Assembly: GCA_001464955.1 (NCBI GenBank)
Contig: LNEM01000030.1
Span: forward strand, 1,070,558 to 1,134,557
Direction of reading: 5' to 3'
From: Rhizobiales bacterium Ga0077537
Lineage (GTDB): Bacteria; Pseudomonadota; Alphaproteobacteria; Rhizobiales; Hyphomicrobiaceae
DNA length: 64,000 nucleotides
Positions 55,484 through 64,000 of this stretch are shown here, piece by piece (within the stretch, counting starts at the first letter, position 1; each line of letters begins with the position of its first letter). Below the pieces are notes generated by a model. That model had not been told where the DNA came from. It saw only the letters and a program-made list of their open reading frames with translations, and made no database searches. The translations under genes were made by a program, and so were the position numbers.

Positions 55484-57166
55484 ATGGCTGAGAACGCTGA
55501 AGAGCTGCCGCCGCGGGAGGCGATGGAGTTCGACGTGGTGATCGTTGGCGCCGGACCGGCTGGTCTGGCGACGGCCATTCGTCTCCGCCAGCTCGCCGCG
55601 GAAACCGGCAACGAGGTCTCGGTCGTCGTGATCGAGAAGGGGTCCGAGGTTGGCGCCCACATCCTCTCCGGCGCCGTGATCGATCCGATCGGCCTCGACA
55701 CCCTGATGCCCGACTGGCGCGAGAAGGGCTGCCCCCTCACCACCCAGGTGACCGAGGACAAGTTCTACTACCTCGGCCCGGCCGGCGAGATCCGCCTGCC
55801 GAACATCGCCATGCCGCCGTTCATGAACAATCACGGCAACTACATCGGCAGCCTCGGCAGTGTCTGCCGCTGGCTTGGTGAGCAGGCCGCCGAGATGGGC
55901 GTCGAGATCTATCCCGGCTTCGCGGCCGCCGAGGTCCTCTACGACGACAAGGGCGCCGTGGTCGGTGTTGCGACGGGCGACATGGGCATCGGCAAGGACG
56001 GCGAGCCGACCGACAGCTACACGCGCGGCATGGAGCTGCGCGGCCGCTACACCATCATCTCGGAGGGCGCGCGCGGCTCTCTGGCGAAGCAACTGATCGC
56101 GCGCTTCAAGCTGAGCGAGGGCCACGAGCCGCAGAAATACGGTCTCGGCCTTAAGGAACTGTGGGAGGTGGCCCCGGATCGCCACAAGCCGGGCCTTATC
56201 CAGCATACGTTCGGCTGGCCGCTCGACAACAAGACCGGCGGTGGCTCGTTCCTCTACCATTACGGCGAGAACCTCGTCTCCGTCGGCTTCGTGCTCCACC
56301 TGAACTACCAGAACCCCTATCTCTCGCCCTACGAGGAGTTCCAGCGCTTCAAGACCCATCCGGCGATCGCCGAGACGTTCGCCGGCGGCAAGCGCATCGC
56401 TTACGGCGCCCGCGCCATCACGGAGGGCGGCTGGCAGTCGATCCCGACGCTGGCGTTCCCGGGCGGCGTGCTGACCGGATGCTCCGCAGGCCTCGTCAAC
56501 GTGCCGCGCATCAAGGGGAGCCACAACGCCATCCTGTCGGGTGTCCACGCCGCCGAGGCGGCGTTCGCGGCGCTGCAGGCCGGCCGCTCCCACGATGTGC
56601 TCGAGGGCTACGAGAGCGCCGTCCGCGAGGGCCCCGTTGGCCGTGACCTGAAGCGCGTCCGCAACGTCAAGCCCTACTGGTCGAAGTACGGCACGTTCGC
56701 GGGCATCGCGCTCGGCGGGCTCGATATGTGGCTGAACACGATCATTCCGGGTGTGGGCCTCGGCAACACGGCGAAGCACGGCAAGGCCGACCATGCCGCG
56801 ACCGGCCGTGCCGACCGCTTCAAGCCGATCGCCTACCCGAAGCCCGACGGCGTGCTGACGTTCGACCGCCTGACGAACCTCTCGTTCTCTGCGACCAACC
56901 ATGAAGAGAACCAGCCGGCTCATCTCAAGGTCGCGGATCTGGCCTTGCAGGCAAAGTCCGAGCTCGGCGAGTTCGCTGGCCCGTCCAACCGATATTGTCC
57001 GGCTGGCGTCTACGAATGGGTCGACGCGGATGGCGGCGGCAAGCGGTTCCAGATCAACGCCCAGAACTGCGTCCACTGCAAGACGTGTGACATCAAGGAT
57101 CCGAACCAGAACATCAACTGGACGGTGCCCGAGGGCGGAGGCGGCCCGAACTACCCCGGCATGTAA
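55484..57166 (+). CDS. electron-transfer flavoprotein:ubiquinone oxidoreductase (ETF-QO)
   Basis: In-frame ATG 55484. FDVVIVGAGPAGLATA and C-terminal 4Fe-4S motif YCPAGVYEW...NCVHCKTCDIKDP...W..PEGGGGPNYPGM. Confidence 0.9.
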   Translation: MAENAEELPPREAMEFDVVIVGAGPAGLATAIRLRQLAAETGNEVSVVVIEKGSEVGAHILSGAVIDPIGLDTLMPDWREKGCPLTTQVTEDKFYYLGPAGEIRLPNIAMPPFMNNHGNYIGSLGSVCRWLGEQAAEMGVEIYPGFAAAEVLYDDKGAVVGVATGDMGIGKDGEPTDSYTRGMELRGRYTIISEGARGSLAKQLIARFKLSEGHEPQKYGLGLKELWEVAPDRHKPGLIQHTFGWPLDNKTGGGSFLYHYGENLVSVGFVLHLNYQNPYLSPYEEFQRFKTHPAIAETFAGGKRIAYGARAITEGGWQSIPTLAFPGGVLTGCSAGLVNVPRIKGSHNAILSGVHAAEAAFAALQAGRSHDVLEGYESAVREGPVGRDLKRVRNVKPYWSKYGTFAGIALGGLDMWLNTIIPGVGLGNTAKHGKADHAATGRADRFKPIAYPKPDGVLTFDRLTNLSFSATNHEENQPAHLKVADLALQAKSELGEFAGPSNRYCPAGVYEWVDADGGGKRFQINAQNCVHCKTCDIKDPNQNINWTVPEGGGGPNYPGM

Positions 57167-57259
57167 CGGGCCCACGCTCCTCGTGCGTCAAATCGACGGC
57201 TCGCCACCTGACGGCTGTTGCCACACCTTGCAGCAACTCCGGAACAGGGTTGGGCACGC

Positions 57260-57637
57260 GTGAAGCGCAGCAACTGGCACATTTGGCTTGTGGTGATCGC
57301 TCTTGCGATCCGCTTCCTCGTGCCGCCGGGGTTCATGGTCGGCACGGCGGATGCCGCAGGTCTGCCGACCATCGTCATCTGCACCGCCAATGGCTTCAAG
57401 CAGGTTGCCATCGGTCCCGATGGCCAGCCTGTCGAACATCAGGCGCCGAGCGCCGAAGAGCCGCCGTGCGCCTTCGCGTCATCGATCGCAGCGCCATTGC
57501 CGGAGCATGCCCAACCGTCCGTTTCGGTCGTGTGGATCGAAATTGCGTGCGTCGATGATCGCCCGTTGCGATTGGGCTCGCCGACTGGCCACGGCTGGCA
57601 GGCGCGCGCGCCACCATGGTCCAGGCGGTCGGCCTGA
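57260..57637 (+). CDS. DUF2946-like small protein (copper-cluster associated)
   Basis: GTG 57260 (VKRSNWHIWLVVIALAIRFLVPPGFMV). N-terminal TM, then ...IVICTANG... and ...PPCAFAS... Cys motifs. Lies upstream of PCuAC and Sco. The family call is from memory. Confidence 0.45.
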   Translation: MKRSNWHIWLVVIALAIRFLVPPGFMVGTADAAGLPTIVICTANGFKQVAIGPDGQPVEHQAPSAEEPPCAFASSIAAPLPEHAQPSVSVVWIEIACVDDRPLRLGSPTGHGWQARAPPWSRRSA

Positions 57638-57863
57638 CCGCCGATGTGCCGCTGTCGGCACGCACACGGCGATCGAGCCGATGCCCCGCGCCGGTCGCGC
57701 GACGCGTAGGTGTGCGCCGTCGCAGGTCCGCTTTCGGGCGACCGTAGCGCTCGATCTGAAACGATAGAGGGCCGGGTGTGAGCCCCTGGAGCCAATGCCA
57801 GCCGGCGGAGGGCTCGACAACGCACCCTTCGACCCCATCTCATTCAAGGATTTTGGAGACGAC

Positions 57864-58364
57864 ATGAAAAGCAATCTCTCGAAGTTCGCCGCTGCAGCGC
57901 TCGTCTGCCTCGCGACGACGGCCGTCGAGGCGGCCGACTACACGCTCGGTAGCCTCAAGATCTCGACGCCCTGGTCTCGCGCGACCCCGGCGGCTGCAAA
58001 AGTGGCCGGTGGCTTCATGGTCATCGAGAACAGCGGCAAGGAGAGCGACTTCCTGGTTGGTGGCTCGCTCGTCCGCTCGGGACGCGTCGAGATCCACGAG
58101 ATGGCGGTCGTCAACGACATCATGAAGATGCGTGAGCTGCCGGAAGGGCTTGAAATCAAGCCGGGCGCGACGATCACATTGAAGCCCGGCGGCTACCACG
58201 TGATGTTCATGGAATTGAAGGAGCCGCTGGCCGAGGGCGACAAGGTCGAAGGAACGTTGATCTTCAAGAAGGCGGGCACGGTGAAAGTCAGCTACGAGGT
58301 GCGGCCACGCGGCGCCAAGGGCGGTGGCCACGGCGGTCACGGCGGCCATGGTGGAAAGCACTGA
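57864..58364 (+). CDS. copper chaperone PCu(A)C (DUF461)
   Basis: Signal peptide, GGFMVIENSG, VEIHEM...MKM and GGYHVMFM (H(M)X10MX21HXM-type Cu site). C-terminal GHGGHGGHGGKH tail. Confidence 0.85.
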   Translation: MKSNLSKFAAAALVCLATTAVEAADYTLGSLKISTPWSRATPAAAKVAGGFMVIENSGKESDFLVGGSLVRSGRVEIHEMAVVNDIMKMRELPEGLEIKPGATITLKPGGYHVMFMELKEPLAEGDKVEGTLIFKKAGTVKVSYEVRPRGAKGGGHGGHGGHGGKH

Positions 58365-58975
58365 TGAAACTGAGATCGATACTCGCGGGGGCGGCGATCG
58401 CCGCCCTCGTGATCGCGGCGATTGCGGCTGGCACCTTGCTCGTGACGCGGACCTTCATGCCGAAGGGCGGCTTCGCGGCATTGGTCGGCGGTCCCTTCGT
58501 CATGACGGCCCATGATGGGCGCCGGATCACCGATAAGGACCTCGCCGGCAAGCCGTTCGCGATTTTCTTCGGCTTCACGCAATGCCCGGATGTCTGTCCG
58601 ACGACGATGCTCGAGGTCGCCAACATGATGGAGCGCCTCGGAGCGGATGCCGATCGCATGCGCTTCCTGTTCGTCACCGTCGATCCGGAACGTGACACGC
58701 CGGACCTGCTGCGCGACTATCTGTCGAGCTTCGACAAGCGGATCGTCGGCCTCTACGGATCGAAGGAGGAAACGGAGCGTATCGTTAAGGCCTATCGCGT
58801 CTTCTACGAGCGCGTTTCGACGAAAGAGAGCTATACGATCAACCACACGGCGACCATGTTCCTGATGGATCATCGTGGCCGGCTGGCGAAGACGTTGGCT
58901 TTTGGCGAGGACGAAGGCTCTCGCATCGCGAAACTGAGGGAGGTGATTGCGCTCGCTCGCCAGTCAGGTGGCTGA
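58364..58975 (+). CDS. SCO-family copper chaperone / thiol-disulfide oxidoreductase (Sco1/SenC)
   Basis: FGFTQCPDVCP CxxxC motif and a downstream INHT His ligand. TGATG overlap with the PCuAC gene. Confidence 0.9.
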   Translation: MKLRSILAGAAIAALVIAAIAAGTLLVTRTFMPKGGFAALVGGPFVMTAHDGRRITDKDLAGKPFAIFFGFTQCPDVCPTTMLEVANMMERLGADADRMRFLFVTVDPERDTPDLLRDYLSSFDKRIVGLYGSKEETERIVKAYRVFYERVSTKESYTINHTATMFLMDHRGRLAKTLAFGEDEGSRIAKLREVIALARQSGG

Positions 58976-59043
58976 GCGCCCCGCGTGACCGATCCTCGCT
59001 TCAATGTGCAACGGGCCGGTCACGACGTCATGGAGGAGACACG

Positions 59044-59271
59044 ATGAGCGCCATTCAGTGGATTGCGGTCTGGGGCGTCGTCTCCCTGCTCACGGCGGTG
59101 GCGGGCGGATTTCTGGCGGCCGCAAAGAACCGCGATCACTCCTGGTGGGCGGCGTGGTGCTTTGTGCTGCCGCCCATGCTCCTCATTCTGCTCCTGATGT
59201 CGAACAATCAGGGCCAGCGTCCCCGGCGCCCGTCCATGGAGGAGGAAGACCGGGAACGCGAGTGGCTGTGA
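59044..59271 (+). CDS. small two-TM membrane protein (hypothetical)
   Basis: 75 aa. WIAVWGVVSLLTAVAGGFLAAA and WWAAWCFVLPPMLLILLLM hydrophobic segments with a charged C-terminus. No family recognised. Confidence 0.45.
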   Translation: MSAIQWIAVWGVVSLLTAVAGGFLAAAKNRDHSWWAAWCFVLPPMLLILLLMSNNQGQRPRRPSMEEEDREREWL

Positions 59272-59328
59272 GACGAGGTCGGCGCGCGGTCGAGCAACGG
59301 TGACCCGCCTCCAGCGCCGCCGTTGAGG

Positions 59329-59856
59329 TCACTCGAGCACCGGCACAAGTTCGGCAGGATCTTGTGAACGCCGGACGCGGCCTTCGAGGTGGGCGCCCTG
59401 ATCGACGCTGAGCTGTTGGTGATGCACGTCACCCTCGACGCGAGCGCCGGATTTCAGAGCGACGTTGATCGCCTTCACAGTTCCAGCGACCTCGCCGTGA
59501 ACGATGACGCTGTGGCCCGATACGACACCGGTGACGTGTCCTTTTTCACCGATGATGACTTCGTGGCCGACGACGTCGCCCTCGATCTTGCCTTCGACCT
59601 GCAGCGTCCCGCGCGTGATGATGCGCAAGCCTTGACCGACGATCGTAAGATCATTCCCGATGATCGAGATGGTGCCGCCGTTCGCACTCGTCGTGGGGCG
59701 GGACGCGCTCGCGGTCGCTGCCCCCAAGGTACCTCCTCCCGACGCACTGTTGGCAGCCCCGCTCGTTGGCGGTGTTGCGAACAGCGCATCGTCTGTGCGG
59801 TCGAGCGACTTGATCTGGTTGATGGATTTTGCAGCAGCAGGTTGACGCGTGAACAT
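59329..59856 (-). CDS. bactofilin family cytoskeletal protein
   Basis: In-frame ATG 59856 (MFTRQPAAAK). The beta-helical repeat region IIGNDLTIVGQGLRIITRGTLQVEGKIEGDVVGHEVIIGEKGHVTGVVSGHSVIVHGEVAGTVKA is typical of DUF583/bactofilin. Confidence 0.85.
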   Translation of the reverse strand: MFTRQPAAAKSINQIKSLDRTDDALFATPPTSGAANSASGGGTLGAATASASRPTTSANGGTISIIGNDLTIVGQGLRIITRGTLQVEGKIEGDVVGHEVIIGEKGHVTGVVSGHSVIVHGEVAGTVKAINVALKSGARVEGDVHHQQLSVDQGAHLEGRVRRSQDPAELVPVLE

Positions 59857-59972
59857 GACTCCGGCCCCCAATCGAGATTGACACCCCTCCGGGGTCGATG
59901 GGCACACGGGCACGTGACCGAAATATGTCCGCCGAGAGTGCTGCCAGGGCGCACGACGGCCTCGTGCCTGCC

Positions 59973-60827
59973 TCAGGCAGCCATGGCACTGGGGCTCTTG
60001 AGGGCGAGCCGCGCGGCGCGCAGTCGCCGTCCGGTCTGCTCGCGCTCCCGCTGCGGCAGCACGTCGAGGCTCGGCCACAACCCGGTGATGAGCGTTCGTG
60101 CATAGCCGTTCGCATGCCCCGACCTGCGCAGTGCAGCGGCTGCCCCGTGGTGGTCGTAGCCGAGACGATGCGTCGACAGCACGGCCCCGTGCACTGTCGG
60201 CGTGATGAGGCCGTACCAGACGTCCGGCGTCCCATCGTTGGCAGGCATGCCGACGACACCGGCGTTGAACCAGGTCTGGCGGCCTGACCGGGTGATGAAC
60301 GGCACGCCGCAATGGCCGGCGATGATGACATCGGCCGAATCGAGCGCGCATTCCTGACGGATCAACTCCTTGTCGGAGCCGAACACCCAGTCACTGACCC
60401 CCGACACGGCGCCGTGCACGACGCGATAGCTGAGACCGCCCATGGTGAACCGGAACGTGTCCGGCAGCTGCCCCATCCAGCGCCGCATCTCGTCCGAGGT
60501 ATGAGCCGCAGCATAGGGATACCAGCCCTTGGCGAGCGTCGCACAAGCACTGCCATCTTCGAAATTGCAGGCGCAGTCCTCCGCCCCCGCGGCGATCTGC
60601 TGCTCGCAGTTTCCCTGGATCACATGGCAGCCCCACTCGGCGATCAGCCGGCTGGTCTCGTCCGGCTCGCAGCAGTAGGCGACGACGTCCCCTGTGCAGA
60701 TCACGCGCTCCGCCGGAATTCCGAGGCGCTCGGCCTCCGCCTTGGCTGCAACTGTGGCTCGCAGGTTCGAATACGGGCCTCCGATCACCATCACGGGACG
60801 CGCGTCGTCGTCGAAGTTCTGGATCAT
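59973..60827 (-). CDS. metallophosphoesterase-fold protein with degenerate metal motifs and a Cys-rich insert
   Basis: TGDVVAYC, QGNCE, VVHG and AGHCGVPF follow the motif II-V spacing of calcineurin-like phosphoesterases. Motif I is GGPYSN instead of DxH. The insert is CEQQIAAGAEDCACNFEDGSAC. Confidence 0.6.
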   Translation of the reverse strand: MIQNFDDDARPVMVIGGPYSNLRATVAAKAEAERLGIPAERVICTGDVVAYCCEPDETSRLIAEWGCHVIQGNCEQQIAAGAEDCACNFEDGSACATLAKGWYPYAAAHTSDEMRRWMGQLPDTFRFTMGGLSYRVVHGAVSGVSDWVFGSDKELIRQECALDSADVIIAGHCGVPFITRSGRQTWFNAGVVGMPANDGTPDVWYGLITPTVHGAVLSTHRLGYDHHGAAAALRRSGHANGYARTLITGLWPSLDVLPQREREQTGRRLRAARLALKSPSAMAA

Positions 60828-60951
60828 GGATGGAAGGTCCGTCCTTTGCTTGGCAGCGCATGGATAGCCTCCTCCGGCAGGGGCCTCAAGCTGCGCAGGA
60901 TGGCAGGCGTCATCACGTTTCCGGGAGCTGAAGTGTTCGGTGCACTCCGGC

Positions 60952-62598
60952 TCATTCGAGGCCGAGCGAGACCATGAACTGGCTCGTCAGCGCCAGCGTT
61001 CGCCGTCGGACGTCGTCCGGCCCCCATCTCGCTGCCCCCCCAAGGTCCTGTGAGATCCGGAACACGCTGCGAGCATAGATCTCGCGCTTCTGGGCGAAGT
61101 CGCGGTTTCCCGCCGCGTTCTGCTCCCGCTCGGTGAGGAGCGTCAGGTTGCCGAGCGTATGCTTGAGCCGCGCCGCCTGACCGTCGTCCGCGAAGTCCGT
61201 AGCCCACTGCCCGGTCGTCACCGGGCGCTGCGGAAACACATGCTCTACGGTCGCTTCGGGCGCGATCGAGACTGCGCCGTCGCCTTCGAGGCTGGCGTTG
61301 ATCCTCAGCAGCAGGAACAGCTTGTAGGGTCGCCGAATGAAGTTGGCGCCGGTCAGGACGGCGCGGACGGCGCGTTTCTCGTCAGCGGTGATATCGAGCG
61401 GCCCTCCGGGCTCGATCTGGCGATTGGCGTCGATCGCCGCGAGGAGATCGAGGTAACGCCGCTCGCGGCGCGAAATGTCCTCGGCCCTGATCATCTGGCA
61501 CCACGCGAGCGCCTCGAGGCGGTTGAGGAACTGCGGCGTCTCGGGATCGTCGAAATAGCGATGGCGCAGCCAATGCAGAACCGGCAGTCGCCACGTATCG
61601 TGCCGCATCACCCACGAGAGATACTGCAGGCGACGGAAAACCGGACCTGGCGTCGCGACAGGATTCTGCGCTCCGGCGAGCATCTCTACGTAGCGCCGGC
61701 CGACGGGCCTCAGATGATCGAGAATGAAGCTGCCGACGCCATCGGCGCTGTCGAGATCGAACGCCCGTCCGATGGCCGCATCCGACGTATCGCTGGGAAC
61801 AGTTCGTGTCTGCAACGTCGCCAGATCCTGGAACAGGCCTTCCATGCGCTCGCGGCCGAGCCGGCTTTCGAGGCTTTCCCAGACCGACTGCGCCAACTCG
61901 CGCACGTCCCCGTTGCAGAGGCCGAGCGCGCGGCTCTTCAGGAGATCGCTGACATGTGGCCTGATGCCGGTCTCGTGGAGGGTCGAAAAAAGCAGCCGGG
62001 CGGCGCCCTCCTCGCCGACACGGACGACGACCAGCCACGTGCGCTCGAGCACGAACAGCGCGAGGTCCCGCCGCTCCTCGGGGGGCAGTTGAACGATGCG
62101 TCGCTGGATCGCCTCGCGATTGTCGAGCAGCGCGTTCTGGCTCGGCGACAGGTCCTCGGCGCCGATCGTCACGGGGCTGTACGTCGCGCCCGGGGTCTGG
62201 ACGGCCGCGAGCAGAAGCGGACTGAGATCGCGCAAGGTGCTGAGGCGGGGATCGCGCCCGTCATCGGCCAGGCATCGCCCGAGCCGGGAGCGCAACTAAA
62301 GATTGCATTCAAGGTCGCGCAACGCCGCGAGAATGATGGTGGGTGTGATCAGGCGCTGATGGCCGTCCGCGATGTCGTAGCCCTGCCCTCCGCCTTCCCC
62401 CGTGACGATGATGTTGCCGAGCGGATACCAGTCCAGCGGCTCCGAGCCGAGCGCATGACGGATCAGATCCTGCAGGAGGCGCTCGGCATGCTCGGTTTGC
62501 CAGGCAAATCAGCGCTGGAAGTAGGCAACGGCAAGCGTCGTCGCGCTGAGGAAGAAGCTCTCCACGCTATGGCACTGGCTGGACATTGGCGGCGGCAT
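60952..62598 (-). pseudogene. GmrSD-like DUF262/DUF1524 nuclease gene interrupted by two in-frame stop codons
   Basis: ORF 60952..62295 carries LFSTLHETGIRPHVSDLLK and the HNH-like EHVFPQRP...LGNLTLLTEREQNAAGNRDFAQK. My in-frame upstream translation gives MSSQCHSVESFFLSATTLAVAYFQR*FAWQTEHAERLLQDL...IADGHQRLITPTIILAALRDLECNL*LRSRL, with TGA at 62511-62509 and TAG at 62298-62296. Confidence 0.65.
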
Positions 62599-62748
62599 GC
62601 AGATCCTCGCGACGACGTGACCGCGAATGCAGGCGGACACAGCAGTGGAATGGGCCGACGAAGACCCTTCGCCCGGGGAATATCAGATTCAACCTGGACG
62701 AGTAGCTCCACGGACGAACCGGCCCGTCCGCATCTCCCGCAATGCGGC

Positions 62749-64000
62749 TTAGTCCGGTACGGCGACTGCCGGGTCGTCGGGTCTGAACCCATGCGCAGCG
62801 CGCCGGGGCGGCAGTTTCCACAGACGGCAGAGGAGCGCCATCAACCGCTCTTCGCGCGCGCTGACAACGTCCGGTGTCCATGTCGCGAGACCGGCGAGGT
62901 GGCGGGTCAGCGCTGGAGCATTGTCGGCATCTTCGAGGAAGATCGCCATCTTGTCGGCGAAGTCCCTGTTCTTGGCGCGCTCGTTCTGCTCGCGGGTCAC
63001 AAGGATGAGGTTACCCAACGAATGCGTGCACCTCTCGCGCACCGAGGCATCGTCGAACCACGTGCGCCAAGCGCCGTTTCTGCCGGGCTTCTGCGGCAGG
63101 ATGTGTTCGACCGTGAACCCTGCTGGATCGAGGCGTTGCGGTGTTCCGGCGATCTCGTCGTTGAGGCGAAGGAGGACCAGCTTGCAGATGGCTTGCCCCC
63201 GCTGATGCAGGTTTTTCAGATTGAACTGGATGAGCTTTTGCTCGTCACGCGTCAGATTGATCGGATTTTGCGGGCTGTCGGGAGTGGCGTTTCGGGTGTT
63301 GTCGATCACGGCCTTGAACCGCTGCATCCGCTTGTCCGAGCCGAGTCCGAGCACGCGCATCCCGAAGGCGAGGCGTTCGAGCCGCTCGCACTGATCGGCG
63401 AGCCAGTCAGAATCGCCGGTGTTCATTCGCCAGATCACCATCAGCGGCGCCACCCAGTCGGCCCCCTGCAGCCATCCGAGATAGCTGACCGCCCGGTCGA
63501 TCCTCTCGGGTACGAGGCTCCGGCTGGTGCCGCAGCGCTGGATCGTCTCGAGAATGTCCGCATAGGGGACGAGCGTATGCTCGACGAAGGCGTCGGCAGT
63601 CCCGGCCCTCTCGATGAGCGTCCTTAGATCCTCGATCGTGCGCGACCGGGTCCGCCCCTCCGCCGTCCGGACGTGCGTCAGCAACTCCTCAAGGCTGCCG
63701 CCGAGACGTTGCTCCATGTCCGCCCAGCGGCCCGCGACCGCGGCCTGCCGTGTCGCAGGGATGGCACCGAGGATCTGGGCCTTGAGGATGTCACCGCGCG
63801 CCAGCGGCTGCCCGCGATCGTTGAGCACCGAGAAGATCGTGTGCGCACGATCGATCGAGTGGGTCGAAATCACCGCACAAAAGCATCGCTCGAGGACGAA
63901 GTGGAGCAGTCGGCGGCGCCTGTGGGTGGTTTCCCCGACTAGCGCCGACATGAGTTGCTCGCGCACTGCGAGCACGCGCTCGGCAGGCCCCGGCAGGCTT
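62749..64000 (-). CDS. GmrSD-like DUF262/DUF1524 protein, 5' end outside the window
   Basis: IFSVLNDRGQPLARGDILK (DUF262 middle) and VEHILPQKP...LGNLILVTREQNERAKNRDFADK (DUF1524/HNH-like). The reading frame stays open to base 64000. Confidence 0.7.
   Translation of the reverse strand, partial: SLPGPAERVLAVREQLMSALVGETTHRRRRLLHFVLERCFCAVISTHSIDRAHTIFSVLNDRGQPLARGDILKAQILGAIPATRQAAVAGRWADMEQRLGGSLEELLTHVRTAEGRTRSRTIEDLRTLIERAGTADAFVEHTLVPYADILETIQRCGTSRSLVPERIDRAVSYLGWLQGADWVAPLMVIWRMNTGDSDWLADQCERLERLAFGMRVLGLGSDKRMQRFKAVIDNTRNATPDSPQNPINLTRDEQKLIQFNLKNLHQRGQAICKLVLLRLNDEIAGTPQRLDPAGFTVEHILPQKPGRNGAWRTWFDDASVRERCTHSLGNLILVTREQNERAKNRDFADKMAIFLEDADNAPALTRHLAGLATWTPDVVSAREERLMALLCRLWKLPPRRAAHGFRPDDPAVAVPD

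Noticed and set aside
1-64000. Screen for CRISPR arrays, tRNA/rRNA genes, IS elements, integrases and prophage genes
   Set aside because: I saw no regularly spaced direct repeats, no cloverleaf-like conserved tRNA boxes in the intergenic regions, and no transposase, integrase or phage structural signatures in any frame. Eye inspection cannot exclude small ncRNAs.

Overview
High-GC (roughly 65%) chromosomal segment whose gene content fits an alphaproteobacterium of the Hyphomicrobiales/Rhizobiales type. About 60 tightly packed protein genes. I found no rRNA, tRNA, CRISPR array, transposase or integrase. Most of the window is core metabolism and transport: a Prx5 peroxiredoxin, a TAXI-TRAP and a DctPQM-TRAP transporter side by side, an ABC-2 exporter, GMC/LLM oxidoreductases, isovaleryl-CoA dehydrogenase plus a CoA-transferase, crcB, a pseudouridine synthase, HAD/ATP12, transaldolase/Fsa, priA, a PrpF/TcuA-like catabolic cluster, a family-4 UDG, ETF-QO, a DUF2946/PCuAC/Sco copper set and a bactofilin. 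Five parts deserve a closer look. (1) 14971-19677: a translationally coupled operon joining a Rab/Ras-like small GTPase to a 710-aa OmpA-anchored transmembrane protein with a roadblock/longin-like cytoplasmic segment, a coiled-coil protein, a soluble histidine kinase and a receiver-only regulator. (2) 31591-35170, at the window centre: a three-gene operon of uncharacterised helical proteins, namely a TelA-like protein, a single-pass membrane protein and a coiled-coil protein with a poly-Gly tail. (3) 35917-39526: a predicted NAD(P)H-to-periplasm electron conduit made of a 2Fe-2S/FAD reductase, a di-heme cytochrome b fused to an EB_dh/DOMON-like heme domain, and an OMP. (4) 27038-29871: a plcP-btaA-btaB phosphate-starvation lipid-remodelling module with Pho-box-like repeats. 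(5) 60952-64000: tandem GmrSD-like (DUF262/DUF1524) genes at the right edge, one carrying two in-frame stop codons. All functional calls come from motif and family recognition by eye. No database search was run.
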